A DNA stretch of 64,000 nucleotides from the human T2T-CHM13v2.0 reference genome, Homo sapiens: NCBI RefSeq assembly GCF_009914755.1, contig NC_060948.1; one strand, given 5' to 3'. Below the pieces are notes generated by a model. The model was not told the origin of the DNA. It was given only the letters and a program-made list of their open reading frames with translations, and searched no databases. Positions 19,286 to 38,638 of this stretch are shown here, piece by piece. Positions within the stretch are counted from its first letter, which is position 1, and each line of letters opens with the position of its first letter. A program made the translations under genes and the position numbers.

Positions 19286-21390
19286 AGATCCATAATTTTT
19301 AAATGAAAAAAAATTTCAAAGGTACTCTGCTTGGTACAATAATCAAATGTATAAACTGAGGAATAAAACATAACCATGAAACCTACTTATAACTGCATAT
19401 GGAAAATACAGAGGATAATTTTTTAAATAACATATTTTGAAAGCCTTAACTAGTAATTTGAAGAGTTGGCATTTGAAAGGCCAGTATGAATATACCTTCA
19501 AAGCAGCAACACAGGTTCCCCATGAGAAAAAGCAAACAAAGGGAAAATAAAAACACAAAGGTTCAATCTCTTCTGACCTTTGAAAGACACAGCACAGACA
19601 GTGGTCCTTAGGACGAAGAGCAGGAGACCCCTAATTCCGTCACCATGGCGATAGGGCATAAACATTGCTGGGTGAGGGCACAATCCACATTGTGAGGTCC
19701 AACTGCTGCCAGGAAGACAGGAGTGCTTTTACATAGACCGAAAGGTCATTGAAGGCTCAGAGTTTTGTTTCAAGAACTGAATCCCAAGCCCACACGTTAT
19801 TAGGCTGCGCTTCTTAAAACAAGTTATGAGATGGGAAAAAGGGCACCCACAAACATACGTATACATTATGTATATAATAATATACAGTATCATATATATA
19901 GTATATATAACCTATGTATAATATTGTTTTACATCCTGCATCCTATGTTATATATATTGTATAAAATATAATAATTGATAATATATAAGCTGTATAATTA
20001 TACAATATGACATATAGTATATATTATAAATTATGACATATATAATATATGTTATATATCATATATAGAATATATTATACGGTTAATATACGTATTAAAT
20101 ATAAATTATACATTATATATATTATATATAATATATCTGTTATATATAATACCCATTATGCATAATATATATATTATGTCTATGTTATTTATAGTATAAA
20201 ACAACATATAATAATATATAATTGTATATATAAAATGCGACATATAATATATATTATATTTTATAACATATGTAATATATATTATATATTATATATAATA
20301 CGTTGTATGTATAATACCTATATTAAATATATATTATATGACTATGTTATTAATTACATGTCACATGTGTTATATATTATATATTTTACATAGAATATAC
20401 CGGTTACATACAATATATACTATGTTACCTATAATGTATAATTTATTACATGTAAAATAAAGAATGCAATATATTATGTAAAATTTATAATATACAATAT
20501 GTGGAATGTGATATATATAACATATAATATATGATATATGATATACAGTATATGATATATAACATACAATATATGATTCCTAATATATATGGTATACAAT
20601 ATATATTTTATGATATGTATTCTATATGTTTTATATTCTGTTATATATAACTATTTGAAATTATATATAACTGTATAATATTTTATGTAAATATGAAATA
20701 TAATATATATAACTATATAATATATTATATATAACTATATATTATGTTATATATACTTTTATAACATAATTTACATAAAATATCATAATATAATATATAT
20801 TATATTATTTCATATTACATAATATATGTTACATATCACCCAATATAACTAACATACATAATATTATAATATAGATTATATTATGTTATATTAAATATCA
20901 TATATATCATGTATCATATATTCTATAATATATATTACACATTATATAATATGTATGTTGTCTATTATGTGATATATATAACTATATATATAATTATATT
21001 TTTATACATATAACTAGATAAACATGTAATTCTACATATTTTCATTTATAATATGTAGAATTATATAATCATATATAATTATTTATATTCTATAAAAAAT
21101 TTTATCATTATATAAATTATAATATATAAAAATTATAATATGTACTACAAATATATATATTATATATCATATATGATATAGTACCTTTGTTATATATCAT
21201 AATACATATAAATGTGTATTATGTTATCTATAATTATATAATTTCATATATAAGATGTATAATATGTATCATATATTATAGATGTTATGTAATATATATA
21301 GTATATATAAGATGACACAGGATAAATATTATATACTATGACATATAAAATATATGAGGTTATATGTTACATATAAGGCATAGCACATAA

Positions 21391-21705
<315 letters not shown>

Positions 21706-23833
21706 AGATCCATATTTTTTAAATGAAAAAAAATTTCAAAGGTACTCTGCTTGGTACAATAATCAAATGTATAAACTGAGGAATAAAACATAACCATGAA
21801 ACCTACTTATAACTGCATATGGAAAATACAGAGGATAATTTTTTAAATAACATATTTTGAAAGCCTTAACTAGTAATTTGAAGAGTTGGCATTTGAAAGG
21901 CCAGTATGAATATACCTTCAAAGCAGCAACACAGGTTCCCCATGAGAAAAAGCAAACACAGGGAAAATAAAAACACAAAGGTTCAATCTCTTCTGACCTT
22001 TGAAAGACACAGCACAGACAGTGGTCCTTAGGACGAAGAGCAGGAGACCCCTAATTCCGTCACCATGGCGATAGGGCATAAACATTGCTGGGTGAGGGCA
22101 CAATCCACATTGTGAGGTCCAACTGCTGCCAGGAAGACAGGAGTGCTTTTACATAGACCGAAAGGTCATTGAAGGCTCAGAGTTTTGTTTCAAGAACTGA
22201 ATCCCAAGCCCACACGTTATTAGGCTGCGCTTCTTAAAACAAGTTATGAGATGGGAAAAAGGGCACCCACAAACATACGTATACATTATGTATATAATAA
22301 TATACAGTATCATATATATAATATATATAACCTATGTATAATATTGTTTTACATCCTGCATCTTATGTTATATATATTGTATAAAATATAATAATTGATA
22401 ATATATAAGTTTTATAATTATACAATATGACATAGAGTATATATTATAATTTATGACATATATAATATATGTTATATATCATATATAGAATATATTATAC
22501 GGTTAATATACGTATTAAATATAAATTATACATTATATATATTATATATAATATATCTGTTATATATAATACCCATTATGCATAATATATATATTATGTC
22601 TATGTTATATATAGTATAAAACAACATATAATAATATATAATTGTATATATAAAATGCGACATATAATATATATTATATTTTATAACATATGTAATATAT
22701 ATTATATATTATATATAATACGTTGTATGTATAATACCTATATTAAATATATATTATATGACTATGTTATTAATTACATGTCACATGTGTTATATATTAT
22801 ATATTTTACATAGAATATACCGGTTACATACAATATATACTATGTTACCTATAATGTATAATTTATTACATGTAAAATAAAGAATGCAATATATTATGTA
22901 TAATTTATAATATACAATATGTGGAATGTGATATATGTAACATATAATATATGATATATGATATACAGTATATGATATATAACATACAATATATGATTCC
23001 TAATATATATGGTATACAATATATATTTTATGATATGTATTCTATATGTTTTATATTCTGTTATATATAACTATTTGAAATTATATATAACTGTATAATA
23101 TTTTATGTAAATATGTAATATAATATATATAACTATATAATATATTATATATAACTATATATTATGTTATATATACTTTTATAACATAATTTACATAAAA
23201 TATCATAATATAATATATATTATATTATTTCATATTACATAATATATATTACATATCACCCAATATAACTAACATACATAATAGTATAATATAGATTATA
23301 TTATGTTATATTAAATATCATATATATCATGTATCATATATTCTATAATATATATTACACATTATATAATATGTATGTTGTCTATTATGTGATATATATA
23401 ACTATATATATAATTATATTTTTATACATATAACTGGATAAACATGTAATTTTACATATTTTCATTTATAATATGTAGAATTATATAATCATATATAATT
23501 ATTTATATTCTATAAAAAATTTTATCATTATATAAATTATAATATATAAAAATTATAATATGTACTACAAATATATATATTATATATCATATATGATATA
23601 GTACCTTTGTTATATATCATAATACATATAAATGTGTATTATGTTATCTATAATTATATAATTTCATATATAAGATGTATAATATGTATCATATATTATA
23701 TATGTTATGTAATATATATAGTATATATAAGATGACACAGGATAAATATTAAATACTATGACATATAAAATATATGAGGTTATATGTTACATATAAGGCA
23801 TAGCACATAACATGTAATATATATCATGTATAA

Positions 23834-24125
23834 TTTTTTTTTTGACAGAATCTTGTCCTGTTGCACACGGTGGGGTACAATGGCGCCATCTTTGCTCACT
23901 GCAACTTCTGCCTCACGGGTCCAAGCGATTGTCCTCCCTCAGCCTCCCAGGTAGCTGGGACTACACCACACTGGGACTACACCAGCTGCCACCATGCCTA
24001 GCTAATTTTTTGGATTTTTAGTAGTGACAGCGTTTCACTGTATTGGCCAGGATGGTCTTGATCTCTTCACCTTGTGATTCCCTTGCCTTGGCCTCCAAAT
24101 TTGCTGGGATTACAGGCCTGAGCCA
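23834..24125 (-). mobile_element. Alu copy, U10
   Basis: Same Alu as 2063-2354. Confidence 0.93.
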
Positions 24126-26232
24126 AGATCCATATTTTTTAAATGAAAAAAAATTTCAAAGGTACTCTGCTTGGTACAATAATCAAATGTATAAACTGAG
24201 GAATAAAACATAACCATGAAACCTACTTATAACTGCATATGGAAAATACAGAGGATAATTTTTTAAATAACATATTTTGAAAGCCTTAACTAGTAATTTG
24301 AAGAGTTGGCATTTGAAAGGCCAGTATGAATATACCTTCAAAGCAGCAACACAGGTTCCCCATGAGAAAAAGCAAACACAGGGAAAATAAAAACACAAAG
24401 GTTCAATCTCTTCTGACCTTTGAAAGACACAGCACAGACAGTGGTCCTTAGGACGAAGAGCAGGAGACCCCTAATTCCGTCACCATGGCGATAGGGCATA
24501 AACATTGCTGGGTGAGGGCACAATCCACATTGTGAGGTCCAACTGCTGCCAGGAAGACAGGAGTGCTTTTACATAGACCGAAAGGTCATTGAAGGCTCAG
24601 AGTTTTGTTTCAAGAACTGAATCCCAAGCCCACACGTTATTAGGCTGCGCTTCTTAAAACAAGTTATGAGATGGGAAAAAGGGCACCCACAAACATACGT
24701 ATACATTATGTATATAATAATATACAGTATCATATATATAATATATATAACCTATATATAATATTGTTTTACATCCTGCATCCTATGTTATATATATTGT
24801 ATAAAATATAATAATTGATAATATATAAGCTGTATAATTATACAATATGACATATAGTATATATTATAAATTATGACATATATAATATATGTTATATATC
24901 ATATATAGAATATATTATACGGTTAATATACGTATTAAATATAAATTATACATTATATATATTATATATAATATATCTGTTATATATAATACCCATTATG
25001 CATAATATATATATTATGTCTATGTTATTTATAGTATAAAACAACATATAATAATATATAATTGTATATATAAAATGCGACATATAATATATATTATATT
25101 TTATAACATATGTAATATATATTATATATTATATATAATACGTTGTATGTATAATACCTATATTAAATATATATTATATGACTATGTTATTAATTACATG
25201 TCACATGTGTTATATATTATATATTTTACATAGAATATACCGGTTACATACAATATATACTATGTTACCTATAATGTATAATTTATTACATGTAAAATAA
25301 AGAATGCAATATATTATGTAAAATTTATAATATACAATATGTGGAATGTGATATATATAACATATAATATATGATATATGATATACAGTATATGATATAT
25401 AACATACAATATATGATTCCTAATATATATGGTATACAATATATATTTTATGATATGTATTCTATATGTTTTATATTCTGTTATATATAACTATTTGAAA
25501 TTATATATAACTGTATAATATTTTATGTAAATATGAAATATAATATATATAACTATATAATATATTATATATAACTATATATTATGTTATATATACTTTT
25601 ATAACATAATTTACATAAAATATCATAATATAATATATATTATATTATTTCATATTACATAATATATGTTACATATCACCCAATATAACTAACATACATA
25701 ATATTATAATATAGATTATATTATGTTATATTAAATATCATATATATCATGTATCATATATTCTATAATATATATTACACATTATATAATATGTATGTTG
25801 TCTATTATGTGATATATATAACTATATATATAATTATATTTTTATACATATAACTGGATAAACATGTAATTCTACATATTTTCATTTATAATATGTAGAA
25901 TTATATAATCATATATAATTATTTATATTCTATAAAAAATTTTATCATTATATAAATTATAATATATAAAAATTATAATATGTACTACAAATATATATAT
26001 ATTATATATCATATATGATATAGTACCTTTGTTATATATCATAATACATATAAATGTGTATTATGTTATCTATAATTATATAATTTCATATATAAGATGT
26101 ATAATATGTATCATATATTATAGATGTTATGTAATATATATAGTATATATAAGATGACACAGGATAAATATTATATACTATGACATATAAAATATATGAG
26201 GTTATATGTTACATATAAGGCATAGCACATAA

Positions 26233-26547
<315 letters not shown>

Positions 26548-28675
26548 AGATCCATATTTTTTAAATGAAAAAAAATTTCAAAGGTACTCTGCTTGGTACA
26601 ATAATCAAATGTATAAACTGAGGAATAAAACATAACCATGAAACCTACTTATAACTGCATATGGAAAATACAGAGGATAATTTTTTAAATAACATATTTT
26701 GAAAGCCTTAACTAGTAATTTGAAGAGTTGGCATTTGAAAGGCCAGTATGAATATACCTTCAAAGCAGCAACACAGGTTCCCCATGAGAAAAAGCAAACA
26801 AAGGGAAAATAAAAACACAAAGGTTCAATCTCTTCTGACCTTTGAAAGACACAGCACAGACAGTGGTCCTTAGGACGAAGAGCAGGAGACCCCTAATTCC
26901 GTCACCATGGCGATAGGGCATAAACATTGCTGGGTGAGGGCACAATCCACATTGTGAGGTCCAACTGCTGCCAGGAAGACAGGAGTGCTTTTACATAGAC
27001 CGAAAGGTCATTGAAGGCTCAGAGTTTTGTTTCAAGAACTGAATCCCAAGCCCACACGTTATTAGGCTGCGCTTCTTAAAACAAGTTATGAGATGGGAAA
27101 AAGGGCACCCACAAACATACGTATACATTATGTATATAATAATATACAGTATCATATATATAATATATATAACCTATGTATAATATTGTTTTACATCCTG
27201 CATCCTATGTTATATATATTGTATAAAATATAATATTTGATAATATATAAGCTGTATAATTATACAATATGACATATAGTATATATTATAATTTATGACA
27301 TATATAATATATGTTATATATCATATATAGAATATATTATACGGTTAATATACGTATTAAATATAAATTATACATTATATATATTATATATAATATATCT
27401 GTTATATATAATACCCATTATGCATAATATATATATTATGTCTATGTTATATATAGTATAAAACAACATATAATAATATATAATTGTATATATAAAATGC
27501 GACATATAATATATATTATATTTTATAACATATGTAATATATATTATATATTATATATAATACGTTGTATGTATAATACCTATATTAAATATATATTATA
27601 TGACTATGTTATTAATTACATGTCACATGTGTTATATATTATATATTTTACATACAATATACCGGTTACATACAATATATACTATGTTACCTATAATGTA
27701 TAATTTATTACATGTAAAATAAAGAATGCAATATATTATGTATAATTTATAATATACAATATGTGGAATGTGATATATGTAACATATAATATATGATATA
27801 TGATATACAGTATATGATATATAACATACAATATATGATTCCTAATATATATGGTATACAATATATATTTTATGATATGTATTCTATATGTTTTATATTC
27901 TGTTATATATAACTATTTGAAATTATATATAACTGTATAATATTTTATGTAAATATGTAATATAATATATATAACTATATAATATATTATATATAACTAT
28001 ATATTATGTTATATATACTTTTATAACATAATTTACATAAAATATCATAATATAATATATATTATATTATTTCATATTACATAATATATATTACATATCA
28101 CCCAATATAACTAACATACATAATAGTATAATATAGATTATATTATGTTATATTAAATATCATATATATCATGTATCATATATTCTATAATATATATTAC
28201 ACATTATATAATATGTATGTTGTCTATTATGTGATATATATAACTATATATATAATTATATTTTTATACATATAACTAGATAAACATGTAATTTTACATA
28301 TTTTCATTTATAATATATAGAATTATATAATCATATATAATTATTTATATTCTATAAAAAATTTTATCATTATATAAATTATAATATATAAAAATTATAA
28401 TATGTACTACAAATATATATATTATATATCATATATGATATAGTACCTTTGTTATATATCATAATACATATAAATGTGTATTATGTTATCTATAATTATA
28501 TAATTTCATATATAAGATGTATAATATGTATCATATATTATATATGTTATGTAATATATATAGTATATATAAGATGACACAGGATAAATATTAAATACTA
28601 TGACATATAAAATATATGAGGTTATATGTTACATATAAGGCATAGCACATAACATGTAATATATATCATGTATAA

Positions 28676-28967
28676 TTTTTTTTTTGACAGAATCTTGTCC
28701 TGTTGCACACGGTGGGGTACAATGGCGCCATCTTTGCTCACTGCAACTTCTGCCTCACGGGTCCAAGCGATTGTCCTCCCTCAGCCTCCCAGGTAGCTGG
28801 GACTACACCACACTGGGACTACACCAGCTGCCACCATGCCTAGCTAATTTTTTGGATTTTTAGTATTGACAGCGTTTCACTGTATTGGCCAGGATGGTCT
28901 TGATCTCTTCACCTTGTGATTCCCTTGCCTTGGCCTCCAAATTTGCTGGGATTACAGGCCTGAGCCA
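28676..28967 (-). mobile_element. Alu copy, U12
   Basis: Same Alu as 2063-2354. Confidence 0.93.
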
Positions 28968-31072
28968 AGATCCATAATTTTTAAATGAAAAAAAATTTCA
29001 AAGGTACTCTGCTTGGTACAATAATCAAATGTATAAACTGAGGAATAAAACATAACCATGAAACCTACTTATAACTGCATATGGAAAATACAGAGGATAA
29101 TTTTTTAAATAACATATTTTGAAAGCCTTAACTAGTAATTTGAAGAGTTGGCATTTGAAAGGCCAGTATGAATATACCTTCAAAGCAGCAACACAGGTTC
29201 CCCATGAGAAAAAGCAAACAAAGGGAAAATAAAAACACAAAGGTTCAATCTCTTCTGACCTTTGAAAGACACAGCACAGACAGTGGTCCTTAGGACGAAG
29301 AGCAGGAGACCCCTAATTCCGTCACCATGGCGATAGGGCATAAACATTGCTGGGTGAGGGCACAATCCACATTGTGAGGTCCAACTGCTGCCAGGAAGAC
29401 AGGAGTGCTTTTACATAGACCGAAAGGTCATTGAAGGCTCAGAGTTTTGTTTCAAGAACTGAATCCCAAGCCCACACGTTATTAGGCTGCGCTTCTTAAA
29501 ACAAGTTATGAGATGGGAAAAAGGGCACCCACAAACATACGTATACATTATGTATATAATAATATACAGTATCATATATATAGTATATATAACCTATGTA
29601 TAATATTGTTTTACATCCTGCATCCTATGTTATATATATTGTATAAAATATAATAATTGATAATATATAAGCTGTATAATTATACAATATGACATATAGT
29701 ATATATTATAAATTATGACATATATAATATATGTTATATATCATATATAGAATATATTATACGGTTAATATACGTATTAAATATAAATTATACATTATAT
29801 ATATTATATATAATATATCTGTTATATATAATACCCATTATGCATAATATATATATTATGTCTATGTTATTTATAGTATAAAACAACATATAATAATATA
29901 TAATTGTATATATAAAATGCGACATATAATATATATTATATTTTATAACATATGTAATATATATTATATATTATATATAATACGTTGTATGTATAATACC
30001 TATATTAAATATATATTATATGACTATGTTATTAATTACATGTCACATGTGTTATATATTATATATTTTACATAGAATATACCGGTTACATACAATATAT
30101 ACTATGTTACCTATAATGTATAATTTATTACATGTAAAATAAAGAATGCAATATATTATGTAAAATTTATAATATACAATATGTGGAATGTGATATATAT
30201 AACATATAATATATGATATATGATATACAGTATATGATATATAACATACAATATATGATTCCTAATATATATGGTATACAATATATATTTTATGATATGT
30301 ATTCTATATGTTTTATATTCTGTTATATATAACTATTTGAAATTATATATAACTGTATAATATTTTATGTAAATATGAAATATAATATATATAACTATAT
30401 AATATATTATATATAACTATATATTATGTTATATATACTTTTATAACATAATTTACATAAAATATCATAATATAATATATATTATATTATTTCATATTAC
30501 ATAATATATGTTACATATCACCCAATATAACTAACATACATAATATTATAATATAGATTATATTATGTTATATTAAATATCATATATATCATGTATCATA
30601 TATTCTATAATATATATTACACATTATATAATATGTATGTTGTCTATTATGTGATATATATAACTATATATATAATTATATTTTTATACATATAACTGGA
30701 TAAACATGTAATTCTACATATTTTCATTTATAATATGTAGAATTATATAATCATATATAATTATTTATATTCTATAAAAAATTTTATCATTATATAAATT
30801 ATAATATATAAAAATTATAATATGTACTACAAATATATATATTATATATCATATATGATATAGTACCTTTGTTATATATCATAATACATATAAATGTGTA
30901 TTATGTTATCTATAATTATATAATTTCATATATAAGATGTATAATATGTATCATATATTATAGATGTTATGTAATATATATAGTATATATAAGATGACAC
31001 AGGATAAATATTATATACTATGACATATAAAATATATGAGGTTATATGTTACATATAAGGCATAGCACATAA

Positions 31073-31387
<315 letters not shown>

Positions 31388-33487
31388 AGATCCATATTTT
31401 TTAAATGAAAAAAAATTTCAAAGGTACTCTGCTTGGTACAATAATCAAATGTATAAACTGAGGAATAAAACATAACCATGAAACCTACTTATAACTGCAT
31501 ATGGAAAATACAGAGGATAATTTTTTAAATAACATATTTTGAAAGCCTTAACTAGTAATTTGAAGAGTTGGCATTTGAAAGGCCAGTATGAATATACCTT
31601 CAAAGCAGCAACACAGGTTCCCCATGAGAAAAAGCAAACACAGGGAAAATAAAAACACAAAGGTTCAATCTCTTCTGACCTTTGAAAGACACAGCACAGA
31701 CAGTGGTCCTTAGGACGAAGAGCAGGAGACCCCTAATTCCGTCACCATGGCGATAGGGCATAAACATTGCTGGGTGAGGGCACAATCCACATTGTGAGGT
31801 CCAACTGCTGCCAGGAAGACAGGAGTGCTTTTACATAGACCGAAAGGTCATTGAAGGCTCAGAGTTTTGTTTCAAGAACTGAATCCCAAGCCCACACGTT
31901 ATTAGGCTGCGCTTCTTAAAACAAGTTATGAGATGGGAAAAAGGGCACCCACAAACATACGTATACATTATGTATATAATAATATACAGTATCATATATA
32001 TAATATATATAACCTATGTATAATATTGTTTTACATCCTGCATCTTATGTTATATATATTGTATAAAATATAATAATTGATAATATATAAGTTTTATAAT
32101 TATACAATATGACATAGAGTATATATTATAATTTATGACATATATAATATATGTTATATATCATATATAGAATATATTATACGGTTAATATACGTATTAA
32201 ATATAAATTATACATTATATATATTATATATAATATATCTGTTATATATAATACCCATTATGCATAATATATATATTATGTCTATGTTATATATAGTATA
32301 AAACAACATATAATAATATATAATTGTATATATAAAATGCGACATATAATATATATTATATTTTATAACATATGTAATATATATTATATATAATACGTTG
32401 TATGTATAATACCTATATTAAATATATATTATATGACTATGTTATTAATTACATGTCACATGTGTTATATATTATATATTTTACATAGAATATACCGGTT
32501 ACATACAATATATACTATGTTACCTATAATGTATAATTTATTACATGTAAAATAAAGAATGCAATATATTATGTATAATTTATAATATACAATATGTGGA
32601 ATGTGATATATGTAACATATAATATATGATATATGATATACAGTATATGATATATAACATACAATATATGATTCCTAATATATATGGTATACAATATATA
32701 TTTTATGATATGTATTCTATATGTTTTATATTCTGTTATATATAACTATTTGAAATTATATATAACTGTATAATATTTTATGTAAATATGTAATATAATA
32801 TATATAACTATATAATATATTATATATAACTATATATTATGTTATATATACTTTTATAACATAATTTACATAAAATATCATAATATAATATATATTATAA
32901 TATTTCATATTACATAATATATATTACATATCACCCAATATAACTAACATACATAATATTATAATATAGATTATATTATGTTATATTAAATATCATATAT
33001 ATCATGTATCATATATTCTATAATATATATTACACATTATATAATATGTATGTTGTCTATTATGTGATATATATAACTATATATATAATTATATTTTTAT
33101 ACATATAACTGGATAAACATGTAATTCTACATATTTTCATTTATAATATGTAGAATTATATAATCATATATAATTATTTATATTCTATAAAAAATTTTAT
33201 CATTATATAAATTATAATATATAAAAATTATAATATGTACTACAAATATATATATATTATATATCATATATGATATAGTACCTTTGTTATATATCATAAT
33301 ACATATAAATGTGTATTATGTTATCTATAATTATATAATTTCATATATAAGATGTATAATATGTATCATATATTATATATGTTATGTAATATATATAGTA
33401 TATATAAGATGACACAGGATAAATATTATATACTATGACATATAAAATATATGAGGTTATATGTTACATATAAGGCATAGCACATAA

Positions 33488-33802
<315 letters not shown>

Positions 33803-35909
33803 AGATCCATATTTTTTAAATGAAAAAAAATTTCAAAGGTACTCTGCTTGGTACAATAATCAAATGTATAAACTGAGGAATAAAACATAACCATGAAACC
33901 TACTTATAACTGCATATGGAAAATACAGAGGATAATTTTTTAAATAACATATTTTGAAAGCCTTAACTAGTAATTTGAAGAGTTGGCATTTGAAAGGCCA
34001 GTATGAATATACCTTCAAAGCAGCAACACAGGTTCCCCATGAGAAAAAGCAAACAAAGGGAAAATAAAAACACAAAGGTTCAATCTCTTCTGACCTTTGA
34101 AAGACACAGCACAGACAGTGGTCCTTAGGACGAAGAGCAGGAGACCCCTAATTCCGTCACCATGGCGATAGGGCATAAACATTGCTGGGTGAGGGCACAA
34201 TCCACATTGTGAGGTCCAACTGCTGCCAGGAAGACAGGAGTGCTTTTACATAGACCGAAAGGTCATTGAAGGCTCAGAGTTTTGTTTCAAGAACTGAATC
34301 CCAAGCCCACACGTTATTAGGCTGCGCTTCTTAAAACAAGTTATGAGATGGGAAAAAGGGCACCCACAAACATACGTATACATTATGTATATAATAATAT
34401 ACAGTATCATATATATAATATATATAACCTATATATAATATTGTTTTACATCCTGCATCCTATGTTATATATATTGTATAAAATATAATAATTGATAATA
34501 TATAAGCTGTATAATTATACAATATGACATATAGTATATATTATAAATTATGACATATATAATATATGTTATATATCATATATAGAATATATTATACGGT
34601 TAATATACGTATTAAATATAAATTATACATTATATATATTATATATAATATATCTGTTATATATAATACCCATTATGCACAATATATATATTATGTCTAT
34701 GTTATTTATAGTATAAAACAACATATAATAATATATAATTGTATATATAAAATGCGACATATAATATATATTATATTTTATAACATATGTAATATATATT
34801 ATATATTATATATAATACGTTGTATGTATAATACCTATATTAAATATATATTATATGACTATGTTATTAATTACATGTCACATGTGTTATATATTATATA
34901 TTTTACATAGAATATACCGGTTACATACAATATATACTATGTTACCTATAATGTATAATTTATTACATGTAAAATAAAGAATGCAATATATTATGTAAAA
35001 TTTATAATATACAATATGTGGAATGTGATATATATAACATATAATATATGATATATGATATACAGTATATGATATATAACATACAATATATGATTCCTAA
35101 TATATATGGTATACAATATATATTTTATGATATGTATTCTATATGTTTTATATTCTGTTATATATAACTATTTGAAATTATATATAACTGTATAATATTT
35201 TATGTAAATATGAAATATAATATATATAACTATATAATATATTATATATAACTATATATTATGTTATATATACTTTTATAACATAATTTACATAAAATAT
35301 CATAATATAATATATATTATATTATTTCATATTACATAATATATGTTACATATCACCCAATATAACTAACATACATAATATTATAATATAGATTATATTA
35401 TGTTATATTAAATATCATATATATCATGTATCATATATTCTATAATATATATTACACATTATATAATATGTATGTTGTCTATTATGTGATATATATAACT
35501 ATATATATAATTATATTTTTATACATATAACTGGATAAACATGTAATTCTACATATTTTCATTTATAATATGTAGAATTATATAATCATATATAATTATT
35601 TATATTCTATAAAAAATTTTATCATTATATAAATTATAATATATAAAAATTATAATATGTACTACAAATATATATATATTATATATCATATATGATATAG
35701 TACCTTTGTTATATATCATAATACATATAAATGTGTATTATGTTATCTATAATTATATAATTTCATATATAAGATGTATAATATGTATCATATATTATAT
35801 ATGTTATGTAATATATATAGTATATATAAGATGACACAGGATAAATATTATATACTATGACATATAAAATATATGAGGTTATATGTTACATATAAGGCAT
35901 AGCACATAA

Positions 35910-36224
<315 letters not shown>

Positions 36225-38323
36225 AGATCCATATTTTTTAAATGAAAAAAAATTTCAAAGGTACTCTGCTTGGTACAATAATCAAATGTATAAACTGAGG
36301 AATAAAACATAACCATGAAACCTACTTATAACTGCATATGGAAAATACAGAGGATAATTTTTTAAATAACATATTTTGAAAGCCTTAACTAGTAATTTGA
36401 AGAGTTGGCATTTGAAAGGCCAGTATGAATATACCTTCAAAGCAGCAACACAGGTTCCCCATGAGAAAAAGCAAACACAGGGAAAATAAAAACACAAAGG
36501 TTCAATCTCTTCTGACCTTTGAAAGACACAGCACAGACAGTGGTCCTTAGGACGAAGAGCAGGAGACCCCTAATTCCGTCACCATGGCGATAGGGCATAA
36601 ACATTGCTGGGTGAGGGCACAATCCACATTGTGAGGTCCAACTGCTGCCAGGAAGACAGGAGTGCTTTTACATAGACCGAAAGGTCATTGAAGGCTCAGA
36701 GTTTTGTTTCAAGAACTGAATCCCAAGCCCACACGTTATTAGGCTGCGCTTCTTAAAACAAGTTATGAGATGGGAAAAAGGGCACCCACAAACATACGTA
36801 TACATTATGTATATAATAATATACAGTATCATATATATAATATATATAACCTATGTATAATATTGTTTTACATCCTGCATCTTATGTTATATATATTGTA
36901 TAAAATATAATAATTGATAATATATAAGTTTTATAATTATACAATATGACATAGAGTATATATTATAATTTATGACATATATAATATATGTTATATATCA
37001 TATATAGAATATATTATACGGTTAATATACGTATTAAATATAAATTATACATTATATATATTATATATAATATATCTGTTATATATAATACCCATTATGC
37101 ATAATATATATATTATGTCTATGTTATATATAGTATAAAACAACATATAATAATATATAATTGTATATATAAAATGCGACATATAATATATATTATATTT
37201 TATAACATATGTAATATATATTATATATAATACGTTGTATGTATAATACCTATATTAAATATATATTATATGACTATGTTATTAATTACATGTCACATGT
37301 GTTATATATTATATATTTACATAGAATATACCGGTTACATACAATATATACTATGTTACCTATAATGTATAATTTATTACATGTAAAATAAAGAATGCAA
37401 TATATTATGTATAATTTATAATATACAATATGTGGAATGTGATATATGTAACATATAATATATGATATATGATATACAGTATATGATATATAACATACAA
37501 TATATGATTCCTAATATATATGGTATACAATATATATTTTATGATATGTATTCTATATGTTTTATATTCTGTTATATATAACTATTTGAAATTATATATA
37601 ACTGTATAATATTTTATGTAAATATGTAATATAATATATATAACTATATAATATATTATATATAACTATATATTATGTTATATATACTTTTATAACATAA
37701 TTTACATAAAATATCATAATATAATATATATTATAATATTTCATATTACATAATATATATTACATATCACCCAATATAACTAACATACATAATATTATAA
37801 TATAGATTATATTATGTTATATTAAATATCATATATATCATGTATCATATATTCTATAATATATATTACACATTATATAATATGTATGTTGTCTATTATG
37901 TGATATATATAACTATATATATAATTATATTTTTATACATATAACTGGATAAACATGTAATTCTACATATTTTCATTTATAATATGTAGAATTATATAAT
38001 CATATATAATTATTTATATTCTATAAAAAATTTTATCATTATATAAATTATAATATATAAAAATTATAATATGTACTACAAATATATATATATTATATAT
38101 CATATATGATATAGTACCTTTGTTATATATCATAATACATATAAATGTGTATTATGTTATCTATAATTATATAATTTCATATATAAGATGTATAATATGT
38201 ATCATATATTATATATGTTATGTAATATATATAGTATATATAAGATGACACAGGATAAATATTATATACTATGACATATAAAATATATGAGGTTATATGT
38301 TACATATAAGGCATAGCACATAA

Positions 38324-38638
<315 letters not shown>

